The translations under genes and the position numbers were made by a program. Positions 39,194 to 48,708 of a stretch of 64,000 nt of DNA are shown here, one piece after another. Numbering within the stretch: the first letter of the stretch is position 1; every line of letters starts with the position of its first letter. A model generated the notes under the pieces. It was not told the DNA's origin, ran no database searches, and saw only the letters and a list, made by a program, of their open reading frames with translations. Source of the stretch: Candidatus Eiseniibacteriota bacterium (GTDB lineage Bacteria > Eisenbacteria > RBG-16-71-46 > JABDJR01); contig CAWANH010000028.1 of NCBI GenBank assembly GCA_963783375.1, positions 1,088,001 to 1,152,000 on the forward strand, given 5' to 3'.

Positions 39194-40821
39194 TGACTCG
39201 GTGGGCGAGCGCGGCGCTTACCGTGATCGCGACCGTGCTGGCCTGCCTGGGGGCGCCGTCCCCCGCCCCGGCTGCCGTCGACAACACCTCCATGGCCGAT
39301 AGCAGTGCCCACGTCACCTACGTCACCGGCGACTTGATCTATGTGGACGCGGGACGGCAGAGCGGCCTGGGGGAGGGTCTGGAGCTACAGGTCGAGCGGG
39401 ATGGGAAGGCGGTGGCCACGCTCAAGGTGGAGCACCTCTCCTCCCATCAGGCCTCGTGCTCCGTGATCGGAGATCCGGTCGAGGTGAAGATCGGGGATGT
39501 CGTCCGGTTCCGACCGGTTCCTGCCAAGACGACCGGCGAGAATCCGTCGCCGGCGGCGAGCCGGGCAAATCCCGGCCGGACCGGCTCGGTATCGACGATG
39601 CAGGCGCTCCGGGCCCTGGGTTTCCGGGGACGGGTCGGGGTCCGGTACCTCACCCTGATGGATCAGACCGGGTCCGGCGCCGGCTTCTCCCAGCCCGCGC
39701 TGGACCTCCGGGTGTCCGGGACCCGGATCAACGGGAGCGACCTGGACCTCTTGGTCGATGCCCGGGCGCGCCGTACCTACCGGACGGACGCGAACGGGGG
39801 GCAATCCAACGACGGACGGACCCGCTTCTATCGGCTGAGCCTCTCCCGCCGGGCCGAGGGCTCACCCCTGCGGCTGTCCCTGGGTCGGCAGGTATCCCCC
39901 GACCTGGCCTCGGTGAGCCTCTTCGACGGCCTCCTGGGGGAATACGCAAGACGATCCGTGGCCTTCGGGGTCTTCACCGGTACCCAACCCGATCCCAAGA
40001 CCTACGGCGCCTCGAGCGAAGTGTTCGAATATGGGGGCTATGCCCGGGTGCAGGGCGCGCAGGCCGGAGTGGGCCGTTGGGCGCTCACCGGAGGAGCCAT
40101 CCAATCGCTGGTGAGGGGAGCGGTGAACCGGGACTATCTCTTCCTACGCGGCCGGTACATGAACCGCCGGATGTTCGGGTACCTGACCCAGGAGATCGAC
40201 ATCAATCGCGGCTGGAAGGCGAAGGCCGGCGAACCCCTGCTGACCCCGACCAGCACCTACCTGAACCTCCGCTATCAGCCGGCACCGGCATTGAGTTTCA
40301 CCGCCGGCTTCGACAACCGCCGGAACGTCCGGCTCTATCGGGACCGCGATACGCCGGAGACGGTGTTCGACGACAGCTATCGCCGAGGGCTCCGGGGCGG
40401 GGTGAGCGTGCGCTTTCTGGACCGGTTCCGGGTTGGGGGAGACGCCGGGATCCGCGGCGGGGGCGGGAGCGGCGATTCGAAATCCTTCACCTTCACCACC
40501 CGCATCTCCCGGCTGTCTCCGCTGGCCGTCGATCTGAGCACCCGGCACACGCGCTACACCGGCCCACTCGCCGACGGCTGGCTGCACACGGTTCGGGCGG
40601 GCGGTTCGATCGGCAGGCGGAACCGACTGGAACTGCACGCGGGGGGGAAGCGGGAAGACCGGTTCACCGGACCCGAGACCTCGGCGCAGACGACGTGGCT
40701 CGGTGCCGACCTGGACCTCGGCATCGTGACCGGCTGGTACCTCCTTCTCTCGGGAGAGTCCACCCGGGGAGACGTCGAAAAGAACGACCAGGTCTACACC
40801 AGCTTGTCCTACCGGTTCTGA
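39193..40821 (+). CDS. Predicted outer-membrane beta-barrel protein with N-terminal FlgT-C-like domain
   Basis: Signal peptide; 'IYVDAGRQSGL..G'; alternating amphipathic strands; C-terminal beta-signal 'YTSLSYRF'. Confidence 0.8.
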   Translation: MTRWASAALTVIATVLACLGAPSPAPAAVDNTSMADSSAHVTYVTGDLIYVDAGRQSGLGEGLELQVERDGKAVATLKVEHLSSHQASCSVIGDPVEVKIGDVVRFRPVPAKTTGENPSPAASRANPGRTGSVSTMQALRALGFRGRVGVRYLTLMDQTGSGAGFSQPALDLRVSGTRINGSDLDLLVDARARRTYRTDANGGQSNDGRTRFYRLSLSRRAEGSPLRLSLGRQVSPDLASVSLFDGLLGEYARRSVAFGVFTGTQPDPKTYGASSEVFEYGGYARVQGAQAGVGRWALTGGAIQSLVRGAVNRDYLFLRGRYMNRRMFGYLTQEIDINRGWKAKAGEPLLTPTSTYLNLRYQPAPALSFTAGFDNRRNVRLYRDRDTPETVFDDSYRRGLRGGVSVRFLDRFRVGGDAGIRGGGGSGDSKSFTFTTRISRLSPLAVDLSTRHTRYTGPLADGWLHTVRAGGSIGRRNRLELHAGGKREDRFTGPETSAQTTWLGADLDLGIVTGWYLLLSGESTRGDVEKNDQVYTSLSYRF

Positions 40822-40845
40822 GGCCGGATTCGCTACGGCTCCCGG

Positions 40846-41337
40846 TCAGCGCACCTCGATGAGGACGGTTTCCCCGTCCACGCGCACCGGGTAGGGATGA
40901 ATGGGCCCGCCGGCGGGGCCGTCGAGCACCCTCCCCTCGTAATCGAAGAGGGACTTTCCCACGCTGCAGCACTGGAGGACCGGACCGTTCACGCAAGGGT
41001 CCAGCTTTCGCCCCCCGTGCGCGCAGCGGTTCTCGAATGCGTGATACCCGCCGTCGATCCCGTGGATGAGGAGCACCGGCGCCGGGAGCATCGGGCCCTC
41101 GATCCGGACCGCCCCGGCCCTCCGGTTCAGCTCCGAAATCCGGGTCACGTCCACCCGGATCGTGCCGTCGGCGAAGGCCCAGGAATCGGCATCGGCCGGG
41201 GGCTCGGTGGCGGGGATGCCGAAGATGCGCTGGAAGAGGTTTCTCCGGACGCAACTGATGGCGACGGGAGAGGGCGGATCGGCATTCGGCCCCTTGTCCG
41301 TCGCGCGTCGCTCAGCGATCAGGGGTTCCTTCATCAT
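40846..41337 (-). CDS. Rieske-fold [2Fe-2S] protein with atypical second ligand box
   Basis: 'NRCAHGG...QCCSVGKSLFDYEG.V..GPA...YPV'. Confidence 0.8.
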   Translation of the reverse strand: MMKEPLIAERRATDKGPNADPPSPVAISCVRRNLFQRIFGIPATEPPADADSWAFADGTIRVDVTRISELNRRAGAVRIEGPMLPAPVLLIHGIDGGYHAFENRCAHGGRKLDPCVNGPVLQCCSVGKSLFDYEGRVLDGPAGGPIHPYPVRVDGETVLIEVR

Positions 41338-41572
41338 CGTCCCATCCTCCGTGCCATGGGGGTTTCGGGGGTGGCGGACCATGACCGTCAACCGCGGGAC
41401 GCCGGTGATCCGGGCGTGAACCCGCGCGTCGAAGGTACTCCACCACCGACGCCGGCGCAAAACGAATTCGATAACAAAGTTGTTTTGCGATCGTGTTTGT
41501 CCGATGAGCTGATCCAGGATCACCGACCGCGCCGCCGCCGAACAACCGGTCCCCGGGGAAACCGCGCGGCGA

Positions 41573-43129
41573 TCAGGAGGTGGGAAACACAACCCGACAG
41601 AGGCGGCTTCCCGACGCCCTCCGGATCAGGGTGAGGGCGGCGCCATCCTCCTCCAGACGGCGAATCAGCCATCGGGGCCGGGTCTCGTAGGTCCAGAAGC
41701 TCCGGTGGGCAAGGATGAAGGGCCGGTAGTCGGGGACGTCCAGGTCGACCACTTCCCCGACGATGCTGAGATTTCGCTCCGCAGTGTCGTCACCGGTGTA
41801 CTGAAGCGCCGCCTCGGGATCGTTGAGGTAGACCAAGCGATCGGCGATCGCCCGGGGCAGGTAGTGGCGGGCCTGGATGAACGCGTGCGGGTCGCCGACG
41901 GCGACCGGCGTTGGAGTCTCGGGGAGTGTGAGCAGAAGCGGATGCATGGCCAGCACGGCCGCCCGGGGGTCCTTGGGCGCCGCGACCGCCCTTCCCGCAT
42001 CCTTCAGCACCGCGAGGGAGATCATGAGGAGCAAGAGGACCGCCGTGGTCGTGCCTCCGCGCGAGAGCCGGCGGACCGCGATGGTGAAGAACACCGACAG
42101 TCCGATGATTGCCGGGATCCCGTACCGGAAGGTGTAGGTGCCGGTTTCGGCCATGGCGGTGAGTACCGCCGCCGCCGGGATGAGGACGAATCCACCGAGC
42201 GCGGCCAGCTCATGCGGGTTAAACCCGCCGCGCTTCGTTCGGGAGGGGATCGGCGGGTCGGAGCGGGTGAGCCGCAGGACGCCCACCACGATCGTCACCG
42301 CGACGAGGGTGACCAGGGCGGGACGGAGGAGCATTCCGTAGGTGCCGAGGATCTGCTCGGGGTGCGGGGGGGCCCAGGAGTGGGCGAAGAGCCGGGTCCG
42401 AACCGCCCGGATCACCGGAAGGAGCGGGATGAACGCGGCGAAGGGAAGAACCAGGGCCGCCGCGATCGCGCCGTCGAGCCGGCGCCGCTCCATCGTCCGC
42501 GCGAGTTCGCCCGACCCCAGGGCCACGATCGCGAAGACCGCGTAGTAGTGATTGGCTATGCCCAGAAAGAGGCCCAGGAAGAGCCCGGCCAGGCCGAGGC
42601 GCCGATGCCTGCCGGTGGCCGCTTCCTGCCAGGACAGGAGGGCGAGCCCGGCCAGGCCGAGCAGGATGCCATAGGGACGGGCCTCGTAGGCGTAGGGGTA
42701 GGCGCCGGTCTTGAGCAGGAAGAGAACCGTGATGAACCCGTAGATCGTTCCCAGGCGGCGGCGCGTGAAGGCGAAGAGGGCGAGCAGAAACGTGCCGAAG
42801 CCGAGCCATGCCGGGACCCGGACCGCGACCTCGCCGTCGCCGAGGGTCGCGTGAACGGCGTGGAGCAGGAACGCATGGAGCGGGGGGGCTCCGTCGACCC
42901 CGGCCAGAGACGCGCGCCACACCGCGGAGATGGAGGGGAGGCCGGCCACATAGAGAGCAATGATCTCGTCGTTCCAGAAGGGCTTCGCCGCCGCCCGAAG
43001 GACGGTGGTCAGCGTGTAGAGGAGGAGAAGCGCCGCCACCAGGGCCCCGGCGTGCCGCTCGACGAAGTCCGCCACCCGGTCCGCGGCGCGATTCAGGGTT
43101 CCGGTCCGACCGGGCGGGATTGCGTGCAT
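41573..43129 (-). CDS. GT-C fold (family 39-like) membrane glycosyltransferase
   Basis: 'FWNDE', 'PPLH', 'EARPYG', 'HYY'; many TM helices. Confidence 0.85.
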   Translation of the reverse strand: MHAIPPGRTGTLNRAADRVADFVERHAGALVAALLLLYTLTTVLRAAAKPFWNDEIIALYVAGLPSISAVWRASLAGVDGAPPLHAFLLHAVHATLGDGEVAVRVPAWLGFGTFLLALFAFTRRRLGTIYGFITVLFLLKTGAYPYAYEARPYGILLGLAGLALLSWQEAATGRHRRLGLAGLFLGLFLGIANHYYAVFAIVALGSGELARTMERRRLDGAIAAALVLPFAAFIPLLPVIRAVRTRLFAHSWAPPHPEQILGTYGMLLRPALVTLVAVTIVVGVLRLTRSDPPIPSRTKRGGFNPHELAALGGFVLIPAAAVLTAMAETGTYTFRYGIPAIIGLSVFFTIAVRRLSRGGTTTAVLLLLMISLAVLKDAGRAVAAPKDPRAAVLAMHPLLLTLPETPTPVAVGDPHAFIQARHYLPRAIADRLVYLNDPEAALQYTGDDTAERNLSIVGEVVDLDVPDYRPFILAHRSFWTYETRPRWLIRRLEEDGAALTLIRRASGSRLCRVVFPTS

Positions 43130-43135
43130 CGTGGC

Positions 43136-44236
43136 TCACCGTCCCAGGTAATCGGCCACCATGTCTCCCCACTCCGGGGCCTGGATCGTCCGCAGGAGGG
43201 CGCGGTTGATCGGCTCGCGGAGCGGGCTTCCCTCGGGGAGCACGATGGCGTAGTCCTGGCGCTCGAAGGTTCCGGGGAGAACCCGGATCCGGCCCGGCCA
43301 GTTCCTCTGGGAGAGATATTTGAGGAGCGGGACATCGTACACCACCGCGTCCATCTCGCCGCGGGCCAGGGCGCCCAGGGCATCCTCCACCGTGGGGTAC
43401 CCGTGAAATCGCACGTGATGGCCCTCCAGGTACCGGGCGCTGGTGGTGGCGGGGACCGTTCCCACCGCGACATGGACGAGATCCTCGGGGCCCCGGATGC
43501 GCGATTCGAGATGAGAGACGGTCAGCGACGACGCGATGGCCGCGGTGAAGCTCGAGATCACGATGATGGCCACGAACATCCAGATCAAGCCCACGATTCG
43601 CCCGCCGACGGTAGCCGGCGCCTTGTCGCCGTAGCCCACCGTGGTCATGGTGACCGCGGCCCACCAGAAACCCGAGGCCAGGCCGGACCGCGCGCCGCCC
43701 CCGAAGTGGTCCGGGTTCCGGCGCCGCTCGAAGAGCCAGGCCAGGAATCCCGCGACGAAGAGCAGGAGCGCCAGGAGCCCCACGACCTTCAGGAAGTTCA
43801 GGGAGAGAATCCCGCGGGCCGCGCTCAGGAAACCGCCCGGCCTTTCGGGGACCGCGATGCCGAGGCCGGTGGTGAAGTAGGGGTGGCTGAAGTCCAGGGT
43901 GTCTTCGCGTCCGGCGGTCACCGTGACCGCGGCGATCGCCACGTCGAGGCTCCCCGACGACACCCCCTGGAGGAGTCCCTGGAGATCCTTCTGCTCCCGG
44001 ATGGTGCTGGTGAAGCCCAGATCGGCCTCGATCTTCCGCCACAGGTCGAAGCTGATCCCCGTCCACGTTCCGTCCGCGCTCTTCATGGAGAAGGGTGGGG
44101 TCGCCTTGGTGCCCACCACGAGCCGCGACGGGACGCGGGAATCGCCGGCGGAAGGGGCGGCGGCGGCCGCGCCGGCCAGGAGCAGCGATGCCGCCAGCCC
44201 GAGGATCGTGGCGCGCGCGTAGCGTGAATGTTCCAT
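43136..44236 (-). CDS. GluR0-like ligand-gated K+ channel (split substrate-binding domain around a 2TM pore)
   Basis: Signal peptide; 'PPFSM', 'DFSHPYF'; filter 'TMTTVGYGD'; S2 segment 'DAVVYDVPLLKY'. Confidence 0.92.
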   Translation of the reverse strand: MEHSRYARATILGLAASLLLAGAAAAAPSAGDSRVPSRLVVGTKATPPFSMKSADGTWTGISFDLWRKIEADLGFTSTIREQKDLQGLLQGVSSGSLDVAIAAVTVTAGREDTLDFSHPYFTTGLGIAVPERPGGFLSAARGILSLNFLKVVGLLALLLFVAGFLAWLFERRRNPDHFGGGARSGLASGFWWAAVTMTTVGYGDKAPATVGGRIVGLIWMFVAIIVISSFTAAIASSLTVSHLESRIRGPEDLVHVAVGTVPATTSARYLEGHHVRFHGYPTVEDALGALARGEMDAVVYDVPLLKYLSQRNWPGRIRVLPGTFERQDYAIVLPEGSPLREPINRALLRTIQAPEWGDMVADYLGR

Positions 44237-44442
44237 ACTGTCCTTCTCCCCGGGGGGCTGTGGGCGGTCCGGCCGCAAGCTAACCCTTTGGATCAAAGCG
44301 AGCTAGAGAGTTCTTGCACCCTAGGGAACGCGACGGGTGACGTCAACGACCGGGCTGGGTCATCCTGTCCGGGCGCCCGGTCCGCCCTCCGAGGTCCCGG
44401 AGGGGGGCCGGGCCCCGGGAGAAAGGCACGGAGGCGAGCCCC

Positions 44443-44628
44443 ATGGACGACGAGACCACCTATACCTGTCCGAGTTGCGGGGAGTCCATTACCATCGCCG
44501 TGGATCCCTCCGCGGGCCTTCGCCAGGATTACGTCGAGGACTGCCAGGTCTGCTGCCGGCCCAACATGATCCATCTCCGGTTGGACGAAGAGGGCAATGT
44601 TTCGAGCATCGTGGTGATGCAGGAGTAG
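44443..44628 (+). CDS. CPXCG-motif cysteine-rich protein
   Basis: 'CPSCGE...QDYVEDCQVCCRP'. Confidence 0.9.
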   Translation: MDDETTYTCPSCGESITIAVDPSAGLRQDYVEDCQVCCRPNMIHLRLDEEGNVSSIVVMQE

Positions 44629-44634
44629 GGGACG

Positions 44635-45765
44635 ATGGGGAAGAAACCCGACGCCAAGCGCTACCGGGACAATCTGCAGTCGGAGGTGGACAGCGCCGCG
44701 CTCTATCGCGCGCTGGCCGAGGTGGAGAAGCGGCCGGAGATGGCTTCGGTGTACGAGCGCCTGGCCGAGGTGGAGCAGCGCCACGTCCGGTTCTGGGAGG
44801 TTCAGCTCAAGACCTCGGGCGCGCCGGTGCCGCGGCTCAAGCCCTCCTGGAGAAGCCGCGTGCTGACCGGAATGGCCCGGCGGTTCGGCCCGGAAATGGT
44901 GCTTCCCACGGTGATCGGCCGGGAAAGGGGCGCGACCGCGGACTACATCGCCCAGCCCGAGTCGCGCACCTCGGCCCTTCCCGCGGAGGAGGGTTGGCAC
45001 CGCCGGGTGCTCACCACCGCGCTCGGCGCATCGGGGGGAGGGATCGAGGGCTCGTCGGTGGCGCGGCTGGAGGGCCGGCACCGCGCGGTGGGGGGGAACA
45101 TGCTCCGCGCCGGGGTGCTGGGGATCAACGACGGCCTTCTCTCCACCTTGAGCCTGGTCATGGGCGTGGCCGGCGCCGCGCTCACCAACCAGCAGATCCT
45201 GATCACCGGGCTGGCCGGACTTCTCGCCGGTTCGATCTCGATGGCGCTCGGCGAGTGGCTGTCGGTGCAGAACTCGCGGGAGCTCTACAGCCACCAGCTC
45301 CAGATCGAGGCCGACGAGCTGGAGACGACCCCCAAGGAGGAAGAGGCGGAGCTCGCGCTCATCTACCAGGCCAAGGGCATTCCCGAGGACGAGGCGCGCG
45401 CCCTGGCCGCCCGGCTCATCTCCGATCCGGAGACCGCCCTCGACACCCTGGCTCGCGAGGAGCTGGGAATCGATCCCGCGGATCTCGGGGGGTCGCCCTG
45501 GCAGGCCGCGCTCACCTCCTTCGTCCTCTTCGCCTGTGGCGCGGTGGTCCCGATCATCCCCTTCCTCCTGAACGCCGGCCACGCCGCCCCGGCCTGGAGC
45601 GCGGGCCTGAGCATCCTGGCGCTGTTCGGCATCGGGGCCCTCACCACCATCATGACCGGTCGAAGCCTCTGGTTCTCGGGGCTTCGCCAGATGATCTTCG
45701 GCGCGGTGGCGGCGGCGGTCACCTACGGGATCGGTTGGCTACTGGGTGTCCAGGTGATGGGGTGA
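44635..45765 (+). CDS. Rubrerythrin-VIT1/CCC1 fusion (MbfA-like iron exporter)
   Basis: N-terminal ExxH motifs; 'LRAGVLGINDGLLS', 'SMALGEWLSV'. Confidence 0.9.
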   Translation: MGKKPDAKRYRDNLQSEVDSAALYRALAEVEKRPEMASVYERLAEVEQRHVRFWEVQLKTSGAPVPRLKPSWRSRVLTGMARRFGPEMVLPTVIGRERGATADYIAQPESRTSALPAEEGWHRRVLTTALGASGGGIEGSSVARLEGRHRAVGGNMLRAGVLGINDGLLSTLSLVMGVAGAALTNQQILITGLAGLLAGSISMALGEWLSVQNSRELYSHQLQIEADELETTPKEEEAELALIYQAKGIPEDEARALAARLISDPETALDTLAREELGIDPADLGGSPWQAALTSFVLFACGAVVPIIPFLLNAGHAAPAWSAGLSILALFGIGALTTIMTGRSLWFSGLRQMIFGAVAAAVTYGIGWLLGVQVMG

Positions 45766-47975
45766 ACCCCGGCCCGCAACCGCCCGCCCGCCCGCTTCGG
45801 TTCGCCGCCCGAGCCCTCGCCGCGGGTTGCCTGGCCCTGGCCGGGCTCCTGGTCCTCGCGCCCGGCGCGCCGGCCCTTCCCGCCGGAGCGGCCGGCGGCC
45901 CGGTGGCGGAGTCGATCGGGGAGGGCATCGTTCGGTTCTATCCCTCCCCCGCGGCCCGGGACGCGGCGCTTCCCTCCCTGGCGCTCGAGTCCCCCCGGCC
46001 CGCGACCGGCCCCGCCCCGGCCGGTTTCCCGGTCCGCCCCGAGTTCGAAATCCTCTACGGGCGGAACGGGGCCCGGGTCGCGATCGCGCCCGGTACGAGC
46101 CTCTACGGAACCGGCGAGGTTCCGGGGCCGCTGCTCCGGAACGGTCGCGCGACCACCCTCTGGAACACCGACGCCTTCGGCTACGACCGCTCGACCGAGG
46201 CCCTCTACCAGTCCCATCCCTGGGTGCTCGCGGTCCGCGCGGACGGAACCGCGTTCGGGGTGCTCTTCGACACCAGCTACCAGGGACGGCTGGATCTCCG
46301 CGACGGAATCGTCTTCTTCGCCGACGGCCCGGAGTTCCCGGCGATCGTGATCGAGCGCGACTCGCCCCAGGAGGTGGTGCGGGCCCTGGCCGATCTCACC
46401 GGGCACATGCCGATGCCGCCGCTGTGGGCCCTGGGCTACCACCAGTGCCGCTGGTCCTACACCCCGGCCTCGCGCGTCCGCGAGGTGGCGCGGGGGTTCC
46501 GGGAGCGGAAGATCCCCTGCGACGTCATCTGGATGGACATCGACTACATGGACGGGTTTCGCTCGTTCACCTTCAACCCCACGACCTTCCCCGACCCCGC
46601 CGCCCTCAACCGCGACCTTCACGACGAAGGCTTCCACACCGTCTGGATGATCGACCCGGGCATCAAGAAGGATCCCGGCTACTTCGTCTACCACCAGGGG
46701 ACCGCGCTCGACGCCTGGGTGAAACGGGGGGACGGGGAGACCTACGTGGGGGATGTCTGGCCGGGGGCGTGCGTCTTTCCCGACTTCACCCAGGCCAAGA
46801 TACGCACCTGGTGGGCCGGGCTCTACAAGGGATTCCTGGCCCCGGGGATCGACGGGGTCTGGAACGACATGAACGAGCCCTCGATCTTCCACGTCGAGAC
46901 CAAGACCATGCCCCTCGACAACCTTCACCGGGGGGATCCCGAGCTGGGGGGGCCGGGGAACCACCAGCGCTACCACAACGTCTACGGCATGGAGATGGTT
47001 CGCGCCACCCGCGACGGGGTGGCGGCGGCGCGTCCGGAGCGCCGGCCCTTCGTCCTCACCCGCTCGAGCCATCTCGGCGGACAGCGCTACGCCGCCACCT
47101 GGACCGGAGACAACACCGCGGACTGGGAGCACCTCGCCGACTCCATCCCCATGATCCTGAACTTCGGCCTCTCCGGGCAGCCCTTCTCCGGCCCGGACAT
47201 CGGGGGGTTCGCGGGGAACGGGGACGGCGCCCTCTTCGCGCGCTGGATGGGGATCGGGGCGCTCCTCCCCTTCGCCCGGGGCCACGCCGCCAAGGGGACC
47301 GTGGACAAGGAGCCGTGGGCGTTCGGGCCGGAGGTGGAGGCGGTCTGCCGGCGGGCGCTGGAACGGCGCTATCGCCTGCTCCCCTATCTCTACACCGTGT
47401 TCCACGAGGCCTCGACCACCGGGCTTCCGGTGGCCCGGCCCCTCTTCTTCGCCGATCCCGCCGATCCCGCCCTCCGGGACGTGGACGACGCGTTCCTGCT
47501 CGGGGGCGACCTGTTGGTGGCCGCGCGGACGGTTCCCGGGGGCGGCCCGCGGGCGGCGGCTCCGGCCCACGGGTGGCGCCGCTTCGACTTCGGCCCCGGG
47601 GACGGCGCCGATCCCGACCTCCCCTCGCTGTGGTTGCGCGAGGGCGCGGTGGTGGCCACCGGACCGGTGGAGCAATACGTGGGCGAGAAGCCGCCCGATC
47701 CGGTGACCCTCCTGATCTGCCTGGACGCGGACGGCCGGGCCGAGGGCACCCTCTACGAGGATGCGGGGGACGGCTACGGGTATCGCGACGGCGAATATCG
47801 GGTGATCAGCTACCGGGCGGAGGCGGTGGGGGACTCGGTCCGGGTCACTTCCTCGGTGGTGGACGGCCGGTGGTCTCTTCCCGCGCGGACGCTCGTCGCG
47901 CGCGTCCTGTTCGCCCGCTCCGAGGCCTCGGGGGAGGGGCCCGAAGGCGGACCGGTCACGGTGGCGGGCCCCTGA
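45762..47975 (+). CDS. Glycoside hydrolase family 31 (alpha-glucosidase), secreted
   Basis: GTG overlaps the upstream stop; 'WMDIDYMDG', 'WNDMNE', 'WTGDN', 'GPDIGGF'. Confidence 0.95.
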   Translation: MNPGPQPPARPLRFAARALAAGCLALAGLLVLAPGAPALPAGAAGGPVAESIGEGIVRFYPSPAARDAALPSLALESPRPATGPAPAGFPVRPEFEILYGRNGARVAIAPGTSLYGTGEVPGPLLRNGRATTLWNTDAFGYDRSTEALYQSHPWVLAVRADGTAFGVLFDTSYQGRLDLRDGIVFFADGPEFPAIVIERDSPQEVVRALADLTGHMPMPPLWALGYHQCRWSYTPASRVREVARGFRERKIPCDVIWMDIDYMDGFRSFTFNPTTFPDPAALNRDLHDEGFHTVWMIDPGIKKDPGYFVYHQGTALDAWVKRGDGETYVGDVWPGACVFPDFTQAKIRTWWAGLYKGFLAPGIDGVWNDMNEPSIFHVETKTMPLDNLHRGDPELGGPGNHQRYHNVYGMEMVRATRDGVAAARPERRPFVLTRSSHLGGQRYAATWTGDNTADWEHLADSIPMILNFGLSGQPFSGPDIGGFAGNGDGALFARWMGIGALLPFARGHAAKGTVDKEPWAFGPEVEAVCRRALERRYRLLPYLYTVFHEASTTGLPVARPLFFADPADPALRDVDDAFLLGGDLLVAARTVPGGGPRAAAPAHGWRRFDFGPGDGADPDLPSLWLREGAVVATGPVEQYVGEKPPDPVTLLICLDADGRAEGTLYEDAGDGYGYRDGEYRVISYRAEAVGDSVRVTSSVVDGRWSLPARTLVARVLFARSEASGEGPEGGPVTVAGP

Positions 47976-48122
47976 CCGCTCACCGGAGCCGTTCCGCGCG
48001 ATCCCGCCGCCCTTGCCGCCAACCGCCGGGTCGTGGGACCATGAACGTCCGGTCTTGGCGGATTTGCTCATCGCAACCAATCTGCGGCCTTCGGGTCGCC
48101 CACACCCACGAGGAGGTCATTC

Positions 48123-48551
48123 ATGCCGGTACGCAACGCCGAAGCCCGTTGGGACGGAAAGCTCCGGGACGGTAAGGGGACGATGAAGTTCGGGAGCGGG
48201 GCCTACGAGGGGCAGTATTCCTTCGCGTCGCGGTTCGAGAACGGCACCGGCACCAACCCCGAGGAACTGGTCGGGGCGGCCCACGCCGGCTGCTTCTCCA
48301 TGGCGTTCTCCAGCGCCCTGGACAAGGCGGGATTTCCCCCCGAGAGCATCCAGACCAAGGCGCAGGTCCACCTGGAGAAGGTGGGGGAGGGATTCAAGAT
48401 CACCCTCATCGAGCTGTCGACCGAAGCCCGGGTCCCCAAGATCGACGAGAAGACCTTCCAGGAGACGGCCGAGGGCGCCAAGAAGGGGTGCCCGGTGTCC
48501 CAGGCCCTGGCCGCGACGGAGATTTCTCTCAAGGCCAAGCTCTTGAGCTGA
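48123..48551 (+). CDS. osmC: OsmC family peroxiredoxin
   Basis: 'GTNPEELVGAAHAGCFSMA' and 'AKKGCPVS'; RBS AGGAGG. Confidence 0.95.
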   Translation: MPVRNAEARWDGKLRDGKGTMKFGSGAYEGQYSFASRFENGTGTNPEELVGAAHAGCFSMAFSSALDKAGFPPESIQTKAQVHLEKVGEGFKITLIELSTEARVPKIDEKTFQETAEGAKKGCPVSQALAATEISLKAKLLS

Positions 48552-48708
48552 TCGGCCGGGACCGGTTCGGAGCGGGCCCGGTTCGGCGGCCCGCTCCGGG
48601 TCGGCCGGATTTGGCGACCCGGCGGGATAAGGGTTGGGGAGAGATCTTCAAGAACGGCAAGCTCCACCGGTGGGTGAGCGACTTGATCCCGTGCGAGGAG
48701 GAATCGCG

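Noticed and set aside
41456-41489. CGCAAAAC-N18-GTTTTGCG dyad upstream of the Rieske-like gene
   Set aside because: A plausible operator, but a single occurrence with no assignable regulator
41573-43129. GT-C enzyme N-glycosylating the NTT motifs of the giant cytochrome
   Set aside because: The motifs lack the acidic -2 residue of the bacterial sequon, and the gene is on the opposite strand outside the operon
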